Assembly: GCA_032718475.1 (NCBI GenBank)
Contig: JAUCBJ010008295.1
Location: forward strand, 62,001 to 126,000
Length of the DNA: 64,000 nucleotides
From: Nemertoderma westbladi
Lineage: Eukaryota > Animalia > Xenacoelomorpha
Direction: 5' to 3'
In this document: piece by piece, positions 22,123-34,866 of the stretch
Layout: each line of letters begins with the position of its first letter
Numbering within the stretch: position 1 is the stretch's first letter
Notes under the pieces: model-generated
The model's input: the letters and a program-made list of their open reading frames with translations, nothing else
What the model was told of the DNA's origin: nothing
Databases searched by the model: none
Translations under genes and position numbers: made by a program

Positions 22123-23253
22123 ATGATTGAGTTGATAGAAGATGATCTTGGTATCAGGGAGCGATATACTCTACCTTTACAAGCGTTTGTTGATAGCTTG
22201 ATACATGGCGACGCTGGTCCAACTGCTACGGAGGACGATGATCGTTATATCGAACCGCCAATGTCCCAAGAGCAGCTCACGCGTGAGTTGGACTATAAGA
22301 AATTCACCGCTCGCTATACGCATCGTAATGGTACGTATGTGGACTTCTTAACTACTGGTCATCCTATCGATTTACACGATACGGACAATGTCGACACCAA
22401 AAGGGAAATGGTACGATTGAAATATCCTACCCAGCGGAGGCGGAACGATAAACCGAGAATGGAACACGAGAATTCTATTCGAATCAGACTCGAAAGAGAA
22501 GACGTTGAGGAGCCGGATAAACGCAGCGACTTCAACGATTATCTGGAATTCCTGATAGAAACATATCTCAATATTGCCAGTCAACAAAATCTAGAAACTC
22601 AATATCATCAAGGTATACATCATGACCGCATGGTAGAACTCAAATGGCTCGATTCCCCTATGATGTATCTTACCGCCGATCGACCGCTACCTGTTGTACC
22701 GAATAGCTTCGAACGGATGGAGGAATATTGTAAGCTGGAGAAAGATCACTCGCGTTTCCCCTATAAGACGTACGTTTTTGGGTATTATTGCGATGAATGC
22801 CCAAGACCCAACCAACAAACGGAAAGACATAAACATCCGCGGAGACGTTGCTTTAAACACGGTTTTACTCGCTATACTTACAGGAGTTTCGAGCGAAACT
22901 TGTTCAATGTATCACCTACGCTCGTTCGACTCAGACGATCCTTAAATAAACCAATGATCAGAGTTTCGGAATACTCGATCAGAGCTCCTCATTCCCTAGT
23001 GAGACCTCAGACTCTTGATCCTATTAGTATGACGGATCCTCCCGAGCTGTACTCACTGCTCAAAGATCTAGTGTTACCTGAACGATTAGTCGGTGGCACC
23101 CCAGTTGTGGGTTTCTTAGATATTAGCCCATCCTACCTAGCCGGATTGGGACGCGGACATTTAATATCGTCGTTTAACCCTTACCATCGTCCCGGCTTGA
23201 CACGATATAACCTGTCACCAGAGTGGCGGAGAACGTTGTACCAAACGAGTTAA
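22123..23253 (+). CDS. Accessory ORF2 of element A (376 aa, unknown function, env position)
   Basis: Long ATG ORF between pol and the 3' LTR. The first ~125 aa are strongly conserved in B. It has a CDEC...C..H motif and no obvious signal peptide or transmembrane segment. Confidence 0.75.
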   Translation: MIELIEDDLGIRERYTLPLQAFVDSLIHGDAGPTATEDDDRYIEPPMSQEQLTRELDYKKFTARYTHRNGTYVDFLTTGHPIDLHDTDNVDTKREMVRLKYPTQRRRNDKPRMEHENSIRIRLEREDVEEPDKRSDFNDYLEFLIETYLNIASQQNLETQYHQGIHHDRMVELKWLDSPMMYLTADRPLPVVPNSFERMEEYCKLEKDHSRFPYKTYVFGYYCDECPRPNQQTERHKHPRRRCFKHGFTRYTYRSFERNLFNVSPTLVRLRRSLNKPMIRVSEYSIRAPHSLVRPQTLDPISMTDPPELYSLLKDLVLPERLVGGTPVVGFLDISPSYLAGLGRGHLISSFNPYHRPGLTRYNLSPEWRRTLYQTS

Positions 23254-23714
23254 ACGCTATTCTACAAAGATCAGAAAGGAAACCTACGTTTGTTCAGATA
23301 AACGTAAGTTGTAGCAGCAAGTCCAAGCGATAAACGAATTGTCTTTATCTCAGTTCGATTGTGAAATCCAGAATCTCTAAGAAGATATCGCACTTAGACA
23401 ACCCCATTCTCTGCGAGAGTTTTTGGATGAACGTATCCAGCTACGAGCGGAGGAAAATCAGCTCGAGGAGAAGCATATCGAAACGGCGGATACCCCGACC
23501 ATAATCCTACACCTTCTGATGCAATCATATTGCACCCTTCACCCAGGATTTATAGCCCTCCTAGTAAAGTGGCTCCCCCCAAAGAGAAAGGGACTCTTGC
23601 TAGCCTCAAAAAACTACGTAAACGCCGTCTGCGTAAGAAAGACTAACTGTTTAGAGTATCTTTAGGTTTTAGAAACTGTGATTTTTATATTTTATAGACT
23701 GAAAATCCCATTTT

Positions 23715-23724
23715 CTGGGAGCGG
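23715..23724 (+). other. Short polypurine-tract-like site of element A
   Basis: CTGGGAGCGG abuts the 3' LTR. The same ATCCCATTTTCTGGGAGCGG precedes B's 3' LTR (25344-25363, minus). Confidence 0.7.
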
Positions 23725-24089
23725 TGTAAAAGCCTTTGCTGAATTGCCCCGTTATTTTTATTATCTTTTACATTAAAATACTCTGTAGTTGATTTAATAG
23801 GTGTAAGAGACCGTATTATTGCTGTATCGGTGTTTTTTAGAGGATCCAAGACCTATTTCCTCTGTATGTGTACTGTGAAAGGCATAGTTGATGATTCTAT
23901 GGCAATTCCATGACGCAAAGGGTGATAGCTACTCTTGAACAGTAGTTACTATGACTACGGTTAACAGCTGATATTCATACGTGTTGATTTTCTTTGTTCT
24001 ACGGCGTCTCTCAGTTCAGTCAGCCAATCAGAGCATTTTTATGGCTCTTGTAGAGAAATTTCCTAGAAATCACGTAATGCTTTATGTGC
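23725..24089 (+). repeat. 3' LTR of element A, left fragment
   Basis: Matches 8961-9325 and ends in the TSD TGTGC. Confidence 0.95.
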
Positions 24090-25343
24090 TGTACGCGCTT
24101 TTGGAAGACCTTTAGCAGTTTAACCTGCCAAAATTTATATGTCTTTTGGTTTATCAATATACTTTAGAAGATGACAAATATTTAATACCAATAAACACAA
24201 CATTAGCAGAAGCCAGCCTAGTGCGCGTCCATTCACCCGCTGGATATTCCCGGGAGACTGGATTCTGAGGGCTTAGATTATTATTGCAGTGAAGCTTACT
24301 GTATTATTCGATTGATCGTTAATAAATAATTTCTGACTAATATTATTCACTTTCGGGAAATATTAACAGTTCCTTTAGGACGTGGCGCTCTATCTAAGTA
24401 AACAGAGATATGACTTATACTAATCACAACGGTAAGTCGGTAAGGCTTATGATTCACGTATGAGGCGCATTCTTTAGGAAATGCTTAGTTATCGGTCACA
24501 ATCATGCACACTACCGGTAACACACAATACTGCTCATTAATTTGCCGCCCGTCAATGTATTTTATCATATATAAAGGGAATAGCAACGGACCAATGTAGT
24601 GCTTATCAAATAGCATTAAATTCACTACAAACCACAACAATATAAGTCGCAATCGCTATATATATAACCCGTCTCTCTAACCTGTAGTGTATCAAGAAAA
24701 TTGGGAAATTTGGGTTCTTTATATATGTTCTCCAAATAATATTCAACCAAACACAACAGTAAATAGCAGTATAATAATGTATGTTGAACAGTAATAACAA
24801 CAAAGTATTGAATTGTGAATGGATTTGACTGATAACAGCCATACGCTCTATAATTTAAGCCTACTAATGTTTCTTCTTAAAGTATGAAAAGAATTAACTC
24901 TAGAGCCGGTGTTTCTGGCTTAGACAGCAATAACAACAAAGTACCAAGTAAAAAACAGTAAGACTGAACACTCTCCTTATGATCGGCCGAAAAGCTACAC
25001 GTCGACAGGAAAAATCGCTCTGATTGGCTCAAGCCAAACAAAGAACCATGCGTCCAATGGCTGTTTCCATGTCAGCAACCAGCTGTTAGATGTCGTAATA
25101 TGAATCATCACGGCTAAGCTGTGAAAGGTAGTTGGTGCATTGCAGGCTTTTTGCCTTACCATGTCCGCCAAAACACGTATATAGCAGAATGACTTTTATG
25201 TCCGTTAAAACACCTGTAACGGTACCTTGAGGGCGAGGGGAATATTTATACAGTTAGAGAACCTTTTTAGAGTATTCCAGCGCCTGGGGGGAAACTGGAT
25301 TGCGAAGCAAAAGGGCCAGTTATATCCCACAGAAGCTTTTACA
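24090..25343 (-). repeat. 3' LTR of element B (1254 bp)
   Basis: Near-identical to 34867-36120, with about 4 substitutions seen by eye. Confidence 0.95.
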
Positions 25344-25421
25344 CCGCTCCCAGAAAATGGGATTTGAGTCTATACAATATACAAAATCACAGTTTCTAAT
25401 ATACGTAAATACTCTAAACAG

Positions 25422-25754
25422 TTAGTCTTTCTTGCGCGGACGGCGTTTACGCAGTTTTTTAAAGCTAGCCAGAGTCCTTTCCTCTTTGGGGCGAGCCACT
25501 TTACAAGGAGGACTATAACTCCTGGGTGAAGGGTGCAATATGATTGCATCAGAGGGTGTAGGATTATGGTCGGTGTATCCGCCAGTCGAAGTACCGGGTT
25601 GATTGACATCAACGTCAGGTGAGAGGGGTCTAACGGCTTTGAGAGCTCGTTTCAAGACAGCCGCTCTTACGGGTCCTTTACGAGTGGTCTGAACGAGGGC
25701 CGTGGGTGGACCATAGGCAGTTAGAAACCTCCGGGGTTTAATGGTCCTTTCCAA
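25422..25754 (-). CDS. Basic-tailed small ORF of B (possibly the frameshifted C-terminus of ORF2)
   Basis: It ends KKLRKRRPRKKD. The homologous tail (KKLRKRRLRKKD*) is at about 23485-23646 in A. Confidence 0.4.
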   Translation of the reverse strand: MERTIKPRRFLTAYGPPTALVQTTRKGPVRAAVLKRALKAVRPLSPDVDVNQPGTSTGGYTDHNPTPSDAIILHPSPRSYSPPCKVARPKEERTLASFKKLRKRRPRKKD

Positions 25755-26710
25755 CTCGCGTTCGCGGGCTCGGTATTCGTAAGGCCGTCGATATACTTCC
25801 TGTAACTCGATATGCGTGATTTCTGTTCGACAGAAGCGAATAGATAAGGATGGAACGCATAAATTCCTTCGTAAGCGCGTCCAGGATAATAGCGATGGCG
25901 CGAATCACGATGTAAATCAGCGTTCGCTTCCCAAGCTCTAATGTAACGTAGTGTGATCATTTCATCTACGCTTTCCAAATCGCGATTAAAAGGGCAATCG
26001 AAACTGGCGTGTCCCTTTAGTTGACAATGGTGACATTGAGTCATAAATTGAGGGCAAACCGCAAAAATATGCAAATTATTAAATCCGCAATACGCGCAAT
26101 AAATTTCCATCGTCGGTTGTTCGTGGAAATAGGAACAGCGGACGTTTGTGTCCATGGGCGTAACATGGTCTCTCGATGCGCATAACCGACAACGTTGCCG
26201 AGAAACATAGTTGGCATGGCGATAATCGTACGCAGTGAGACACTGTGGACCTTGATACCATTCTAGGATGTAATCGTTGTCGCTGTTCCGAGCGCGATAG
26301 GCTGAATCTCCTCAGATTCTAGGCATATTGGTTCGTCTTCCCAGTCTGTTACGAATAGAATTTTCGTGATCTATTCTCGGTTTATCGTTACGACGCCGCT
26401 GGGTATGATATTTAAATAGAACCATTTCCCTTTCGGTGTCTACATCGTCCGTATCATGTAAATCGATAGGATGGCCGGTAGTTAGGAGGTCCATATACGT
26501 ATTATTACGATGCGTATAGCGAGCGGTGAATTTTCGATAGTCCAATTCACGCGTAAGTTGCTCTTGGGACGTCGGCAGTTCGATATAACGACCATCGTCC
26601 TCCGTAATGGTTGGATCGGTTTCACCGCGTATCAAGCTATCCACAAATGCTTGCAAAGGTAGAGTATATCGCTCCTTGATACCAAGATCATCTTCTATCA
26701 ACTCCGTCAT
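25721..26710 (-). pseudogene. Accessory ORF2 of element B with one in-frame TGA; zinc-knuckle C-terminal half
   Basis: ORFs 26710-26312 and 26155-25721 are in the same frame, and the linker is open after the TGA. Motifs are CRLCASRDH, CAYCGFNNLHIFAVC and CHHCQLKGHASFDC. Confidence 0.75.
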
Positions 26711-28338
26711 ATCTGCTATCTGAGTTTGTTAATATCGAAATGAGTTTATGTTTAGGCGAGCGGACGTCTCTGCCCACCTCTCTTTGCCCCCGGACAGTGG
26801 GATCCTCAGCGCCGATGTACCGTTGTCGCGGTGTTTACGCCAACATGTAGCAACATTACGACAACGATAACCGGCACAAGTCACTCCACTGTCCATCCCA
26901 AAGGCTTGAATCCACTTTAGGTTCTTTCTATATGAGAGTTGGGTTACTTTCACAATTGCGACTAGCTACTGTAAACACACCTTAGCAGTAACATTCACTT
27001 ACAAACGCACAAATTCCACACAACTGTCACCAATTGTACATATACAGGCCATTTGTCCGTTAGTCAGTGCCTTCCAGAATGTCACGTTATTACTGTGTAT
27101 CCTTGGATACTAACAGTGTGCTATATTCTCTATGCTATGCAATGGGACAAGCTTTCTATTGTTCTTTTAACTTGTTTCTAATTCTAGCGTGGGTGTTGCT
27201 ATGGTGACATTATGGAATGCTAGCGGTAGAATTAGGGTAATTCTCATGCATACAGATCTGGGATGCTATTTAATAATAATTCTTTAATTGTCAATATCCT
27301 CTTTATGCATGATTTTATTAATTTTATCGGCTATTGACTATATGTTGGAGATTCTCGCACTCTAATACACTCAATAGGATGAATCTCCGCTCCCATGATC
27401 TATTAATTAATGGAATTTTGGGAATGTTATAAATTGTACAAAATGACAATTTATGCAATTCATTTAAAATATGAATTTGAATTTATTCCCGTGAATTTTA
27501 TTATTTGATGTTAAAATTGACACAATTTGATTCCAGAGCAAGTCTGGGGACATAGGATCCTTAATTCTATAAAATTGTCTTTTAAGAGTATCGGTAAGGG
27601 CTGCGATATCTTAATTGACTAGAAATTTCAAAGGACCTGAATTTTACAGATTTTTACTAAATATTAAATTAATATTTAAGATGGGCACCGATTTATTCCA
27701 GAACTTGTCTGGGGACGTTAACCACTGATTCTAGAATTTGTCTTTCAAGTATATCGGTGGGTGCCGCGATATCTTAATCGACTAGAATTACAGATGGTCA
27801 AAAGGTTTAACAGATTTATTTGCGTTTTACGCTACTGTTATAGGGACATCACGCTACTATAAGTATTATTTAATATAAGGTAGAAGAGCAATATCGCACG
27901 AAGCAATGTCAGTGTGAAGAGGCAAGTCGTTTCCAAGGTCTACCCAGAGCTTGGTTTAGCCGAGGCACGAGGATCTGAACTTTGCATTCCTAATACTCTG
28001 CCTACCAATAATACTTGAATATAGTAGTGGCTTTATTGTACTTTAATAAGTACGGACATTTCATCTTACTGTAGTCACGTATTTATAATATGATACGGAC
28101 AGTAAGGAAAGAGAAAAATAATTATTTCTCGCCGTCCCACTAAATATATATTATAAGCAATTACGCACGCAATAAACACTAATATATTGCACTAATCTAC
28201 TAAATAATCACTAAAATAACATTCTACTAAATAAAATTAAAGAAAACGATTATAATAAAATTACATAATAATACATACATAAATATAAAATAAAAACAAA
28301 TATAAAATGATATAGTCACACGCCCACTCCACATGCTA

Positions 28339-31300
28339 TCACGTTATGGAGTCCCTAGATATTTGTCGGATTAGGGAAGTAGTCGTAGGAAGAGTATCTT
28401 GCCTTCCATAGTTTCCGGACAGTTTTCGGTCTCTTTCCAGTAAACATAAACGACTAGCTGGGCGATTGGGTGGTTGTGTTACTTTCTCCGCTCCCTTGGC
28501 CTGTCTAACCTCCGCCGTGGTAAGATGAGGAGGCCATTCTTCTTCTTCTTTACTTAAGAAGTCGGATCCACCTAACCAGCCTGGAGTATCTATCAGTTCT
28601 TGAGGAGTTGCTCCTCTGGAAGCGACGTCGGCTGGATTAATCGTCCCAAGGCAATGTCTCCATTGATCTACATTGGAGTTAATATCGTCATTATCTGAGG
28701 AGTATGGTGTTCCCTCAGTTGGATCGTCCACATCACTGCTCTCCACTTCCCATTCCTTTACTTGGTATACCTGTTGTTGAGGTAATCTCTCTTTGAGAGT
28801 TCTACGGGAAGGGCCAGTGAAGTACCAACCTACTCTAGTTCTTACCGCATAGGTTTGTAGTGGCTGCGGTTGAGCAGGCCGTTTCTCCAATGTCTCGAGC
28901 GCCTCATGCACGTTTTGGCCGATGAGTATTTGCACTCCAGGATAATCTGTCTGGAATCGAGGTATCTTAAGATGTTGGATGCTCTCATCCTCGTCCCAAT
29001 TATAAAGATCTGCTTGAGTAGTAGCGAAGTTCTTTATAGCCACCATTTTTACTGACCTTACACCTTGTGTTCCTAACTTATCCTGGGGGGTGGACAACAC
29101 ACCTACATAGTAATCTGCCGTTAGGGTAGATTTCCAAACCTGCATAATTCCTGACATATTCAATTTAGTCCGGAACTTGGGTTGTCCAGCAAAGATATCT
29201 TCGGCTAGTTCTTGATCGATGAATGTTCCTGTGCTGCCGGAGTCAAGGAGGGCGTTCACTATGTAGCTTTTGTTAAGACCGTGAACTCTTACTTGAACTA
29301 CAGGAAATTCTCTGATTCCTACGTTGGAAGCTGGAGCTTTCCAAGATGGTTGTTTGTCAAAGGTGGTTGGGGGGAACTCCGTGTCGGTGTCTTTTCGTAC
29401 GTAAGTGCTCGATACACTGCGGTATTTATTAGATAACAGGATTCGTTGGCATCGGAGAATTCGTCCGTATAGAATCCTTCCCACTCAGAACTTTGGTCAG
29501 TGTCGTTCACATCACTGAATTGGACATGTGATTTGGGCTCACTTACCTGACTCGGGCTGTTTCGTTCGAATTCCGTGTGCAACAAGCTATGATGTTTCGC
29601 GCCGCACTTAGCACACCTTGCGTCAGAGTAACAGGTTCGCCGCTGGTGTCCGCGTCTGAGACAGTTATAACATAACCGCTTATCCCACAGGACTCCACGT
29701 CTATCTGCCATGGATTTCTTTAGGAATTCTGCACACGCACTCAAACGGTGGGGCCCGTCGCACAGCGCACATTTTGGTTTGATGTTACTCACCTTAACTT
29801 GGTTAACGTTCTGCACTCTCGTTCTTTCTTCGGGCTTTCTTCCGTGAATTCTCTTAGGAGACGTAGGAGGAGTTGTTGTTACCTGTTCTCTCCTGTCACT
29901 GGTTCGAGACTTGTATTTACTTACGTCTTTATAGGTCTTGTTGTCATAGTAAGATTTTGCTGTGTCTTTCCCGCTGTCCTCTTCTTGAGAAGCTTGGCTT
30001 TCGCCGTCGTCAGTATAACACACTGGTATTATCCTTCTCCTAGAAACGGGTTTCTCACTTACCTTATTTTCCGATGTTTTCTCTCTGGACTGCCTTATGA
30101 GTTGTAATTTTACTTCACTATCTAAGAAAGACATGAGATCAGCCATGGTAGGACTTCGTCGTTGTTGTTCATTCATGTACAACACTTTCTTGTCCCAGCG
30201 TGTACATACTCCACCCTTTGGTAAAGTAGAGACTACGGCTCCAATAACCATGGAACTCTGATATTCATGCGACTTACCTAACCAGTCCAGTTGTCTACAG
30301 ATCTCTTGAATTTCATCTGAAAACTCTATAATCCCGCTACTAAGGAAGTGTCTGGGGGCTACTAATTTTGCATACAAATACTTAGCTATGTTATCCTTGT
30401 TACCATACCTGATGTTTAATGTATCCCAAACTTGTCTTAATCCATCTGGATGTCCAATAAACTTTAACGCCATTAACTTGGGAGGTCCTTCCAAGCACTT
30501 GATGAGGAACCTAAGTTTCTCTCCGTTAGATAGCACAGAGTTCTGTATGCTGTCTTTGTAATATTCGTTGAAAGGTAACCATTTCATTTCGTCTCCATTG
30601 AATTTGACGATCTCTCCCACTTTGACCGCTTGGCGGGCTTCTGTTCTAGCCATCTGACGCGTAAAGCTTTCTTGGGCCATCGTGTTATTTAATATCGAAT
30701 TATCGGTATATAAATTTCTCGGATCATTATCAGGTCTATAGGGAATATCATTAATAACAGGTCTATAATCACCCTTAATAGGGTTTGTTATAGGAGTTTC
30801 AACTTCACTAGCAGTATAGATGCGTGTAGGCTCCACACCTTGCGCATGTAATACTTCAGACCTAACAGGTTGACACAATGTTACAGGGGGTATTGGTATG
30901 CCCCTTTGTATATTGACTAATTTATTGCGTTCTAGTGCGATACTTTGCTGCACTTCTTGCAACTCTGCTCTACCTTCCCTCACTGTTCCCTTAAGTTGGT
31001 GGACAGTCTCCTGCATCTGTCCTAGCAGGAGATTCATCCCCCACCGTCCCTCTTCCACCCACTCAACCGCCGAAGCGGGAGTCGCCAACATAGTAGCGGG
31101 CTGACGCGGGACGACGGGAGACAAATTTTTGATTTCTCTCTCTGCTATCTGGACAGGGATACTTGCATGGACTGTTCCACCGGGTACAGGTAGTGTGGTA
31201 CTATGTAAAGGGAATTTAGAGTTAAGCTCTGGAAGTGCAGGGGTCTCTAGCACAGAAGTGACTTTGGGAACAACAGGCCTAATTATTTCAGGTTCATCGA

Positions 31301-32609
31301 CTATAGTAGGGAGTCTTTTGACCTGGATAAATTGTTCTATGGGTTCTGCACTACCTAAGTCTGTGCTAGTTAGCTGTCTTTTAACAGCTGGGGGCAAATC
31401 AGGCAATTTGCGACGGTAAGATGTTTTTCTACGCCTACTTAGATGAGATCTATTTCCTCCGCCTTCAGGATCGGTGGTCTCGCCTTCCTCCGAGGATGTG
31501 TATCCCTGGCGCTTGGGAGTAGATTTTCTCATCATCTGCATTTGATTAGCAGTAAACTGTTTATTTATACTGTCTTGTGTCTCTTGCAGATTTTCCAACT
31601 CCAGTTGGGTAGTCTGCTCAGAGGCTCTCCGTTCTGCTTCGGCCACTGCCCTTTCCGCCTTTGCTTCTGCCGCCGCTGCCTTTCTTTTTGCTTCTGCTTC
31701 TGCCGCCGCTGCCTTTCTTTTTGCTTCTGCTTCTGCCGCTGCTGCCCTTCCTTTTGCTTCTGCTTCTGCCGCTGCTGCCCTTGCTGCTATTCTTTCTGCT
31801 TCTACTTCTGCCGCCGCTGCCTTTCTTTCTGCTTCTGCTTCTGCCGTAGCCGCCGCCTTTTGTTCCTCTATCCTTCTTTTCTTTATTTGTTCTTCTCGGA
31901 CTCTAGTGAGGCGGAGTTTTTCATCACATTCAGCTTGGTTTGCAGCTAACATTTCGGCATCGATTGCGTCCAACACAAGCTTGGTTCCTTCACTATTAGG
32001 GGAAAGTCCAGACAGCCGTCTCCTCAACTCTTCGTCTCCTAGGAATCGCTGATAGTCGGACAAATAAATGTCGATAGCGTCTCTAGTTCGCGGCTTCTCT
32101 GCTGATGTTAATTCGCTTTCCACTTCGCTTTCCACCTCGCTTTCCACTTCGCTTTCCACCTCACTTTCCACTTCGCTTTCCACCTCACTTTCCACTTGAG
32201 AAGAAGTGGCGTCAGTTGATTCCCCACAGGCTGGCCGCCCATCATAAACCGTATCCGCCATCTTCGCTCCGCGTTCTGGCGTCCGCTCAACAGTATCCGA
32301 ACTACTGGAGCTATCGGGCCGCTGAGAACCAGGTTCTTGGCTAGGAGGTTGCTGCTGTTTTATAGCTTCTTCTTGATCCCGCTTGACTTGGGCCCGAGTG
32401 CTTATGGCAGACCAACGGCGCTTCGCTAACTTCGCAAATTGCGAAATCTTTTCTACCAACCTAGGTTCTGTCACAACCACTGCAGGGGTTGCCCTTCTTA
32501 CAGTATGAGGGGTTTCAGACCTCGGTCTGGGATTCTCTACACTTTGATCTGAGAAACAGGCTGTTGTTTCTAGGAGACTATCTGACAGAGTTTGCCTTGT
32601 GTCAGCCAT
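28339..32609 (-). pseudogene. Gag-protease of element B with a frameshift near 29395 and two large pol deletions
   Basis: ORF 32609-29319 is Gag. ORF 29484-28339 carries ALLDSGS, jumps to DQWRHC..NPADVASRG, and then to the terminal RLCLLERDR. One A is missing relative to A at YEKD. Confidence 0.9.
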
Positions 32610-34855
32610 GTTTGATTGTACAGTCGAATGCCTACTGCTATATTACAGTTAAAGCAAGTCTAGTAATTCAGTATCACTGTTAGCCTAATAATTAATTACC
32701 GATACTGCTACTCAGTGTAGCGTGATATATATATAATATATTAGAATACCGGTATGCTTATAATATATATATAAGTATTATTACAGACTAGATTTGTCAC
32801 AGAGTACCGGTATATAATTTTAGCACAAATATATAAATATATAATAGGCCTATCTTGAATACCGGTATACAGCTGACACTTATAGTATATATAAGTATAA
32901 TTATTACTAGAATTAATTACAGAATACCGGTATGATTTCAGCTCAAATTTATAGAAATAAATATAATAAGCCTATGGTAAATACTGGTATGTCAATTATT
33001 TTAGAATAATTGAATTTCTGAATATTTTAGGGTTACTTGGTTACTTTAACTTACTTTGTTACAGTTATTTAAGCAGTAGTCCAACTGATATGGAGACCTA
33101 GTTGTTGTATGGCAGGCCTACTATTTATAAATCGTTTGAGTTGATTTATAATATTTATATACCCGTTTAAAAGGGTTTTGTCAATATTTGAAATAAATGT
33201 TATTATTTCTGGGGGAGTCACTACACAGAAGCTGTGCGCTCTCAGTGAAGTGCTATTTATTTGACACTAAAACTGATAATTCTAATTTACCTAAGTTACT
33301 TAATACTACAAATTACTTACGATACGGGTGAGATTAAATCTCTAATTAAACACAACAAAAATATTACGTACGAATTTTTAGGGTAATTTTACAGGAAGTC
33401 TACAGACCAGTCTAACAAAGGGTTAGAATTTCTGGTTATTATTACGGACAGGGTACTACGGTATTTGAAAATAATAAGTAGTAGTAAATATATTGCACTG
33501 TCCAGATAGGAAAATACCACCGCCTGACGACCTATAACCGTATCGCTATAGGTACTACGTTATGTATCACGGATTGTTCCTACCTAGAAGTTAATTACCG
33601 CGGACTACCAGATCCAGCGTGCCTATTAACCACTTTACAACACAAATATACTGCCTACACACTAATTACTTTGGAAAGCACTGTACACTAAACCCTAAAT
33701 TAGGTACAAGTACTGGTATAACAAATAATCAGCAGTTAAATATACTTGAACAGTTAAAAGAACCACAGCATCTGCTGGAGTGACCGAAGCACAAAGTCAC
33801 CAGTCTTTACCTACGCCAAGCAGCCCGTGTAGTACCGGGGTTAATTTAACTATAACGGTATGTGTAACAAACACAATTACTGTAGGAATAAACTTGGGGA
33901 CATGAATGTTGCGAATAATCGCATAAACTCTGAATAATAAATATTACGCTACCCGTACAGAATACTCAAACAAAATACAAACTGGCAGACTACCACCAAG
34001 CCTAAATAAACTACTGTATGTGCAGATTCCAAAACGGTTAGTTAGTATGCGTTCTAACACGGTAGTACGACTTATTCTTTAAGAGGGGATTGACCTTACA
34101 GTTATGACTACCCCAACTTACTAACTGGCACTTTATCAGACAAACTCTACACAAGCAGCAATCTCTTCAGACCTAATAATAGCTAGACAACAATCCAGCC
34201 TACAAAATATCTGAGTAATAACTATTACGGTATCTGAACAGACCACACAAACAAACACAAGCCAAAACGCTGGCAGAATACTGTCAAGCCTAAATAAACT
34301 ACAGTATGTGCAGATTCTGAAATAGTTAGTTAGTATGCGTTCTAACACGGTAGTACGACTTATTCTTTAAGAGGGGATTGACCTTGCAGCATATGGCTGC
34401 CCCAACTTACTAACGGCACTCTATCAGACAAACTCTACACACGCCGTAATCTCTCCAAACTCAACAACAATCCGACAACAGTCTGGCCTACAATTATCTG
34501 AACAATCTGAGCAGACTTACACGTCTTCAGCTCAATATTAACTTACATGTAAATAAAACCAACAGAAATAAGTAAAAATCTCAATAAAAAACCAGGGCTG
34601 CAGTCCCTGATTAAATACTAAGACCTACCGGTATACAATAATCAAAATCGAATAATACTAATATACTTATACTGGAAGTACCGGTTGGGACAGTTGGGCC
34701 TACGGACCTACAGAAGTACCGGTTCTGGCAGTTGGACCTACGGACCTACAACAGTACCGGTTCTGGCAGTTGGGCCTACTGACCTACAGAAGTACCGGTT
34801 CAGGTTTACCGGTCGACCGGTACTTTCAACTTTATTGCTTACTGCAATAAAGTCA

Positions 34856-34866
34856 ATGACTGTTAT
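34856..34866 (-). other. Non-tRNA primer-binding site of element B, complementary to its own LTR
   Basis: Minus-strand ATAACAGTCAT pairs with minus-strand ATGACTGTTAT at 35619-35609. Confidence 0.8.

Noticed and set aside
22123-23253. env gene
   Set aside because: No signal peptide, hydrophobic anchor or glycoprotein-like Cys pattern is visible.
28480-28700. B's pol deletions as spliced-out introns
   Set aside because: I could not place GT-AG boundaries in A that reproduce B's junction peptides.
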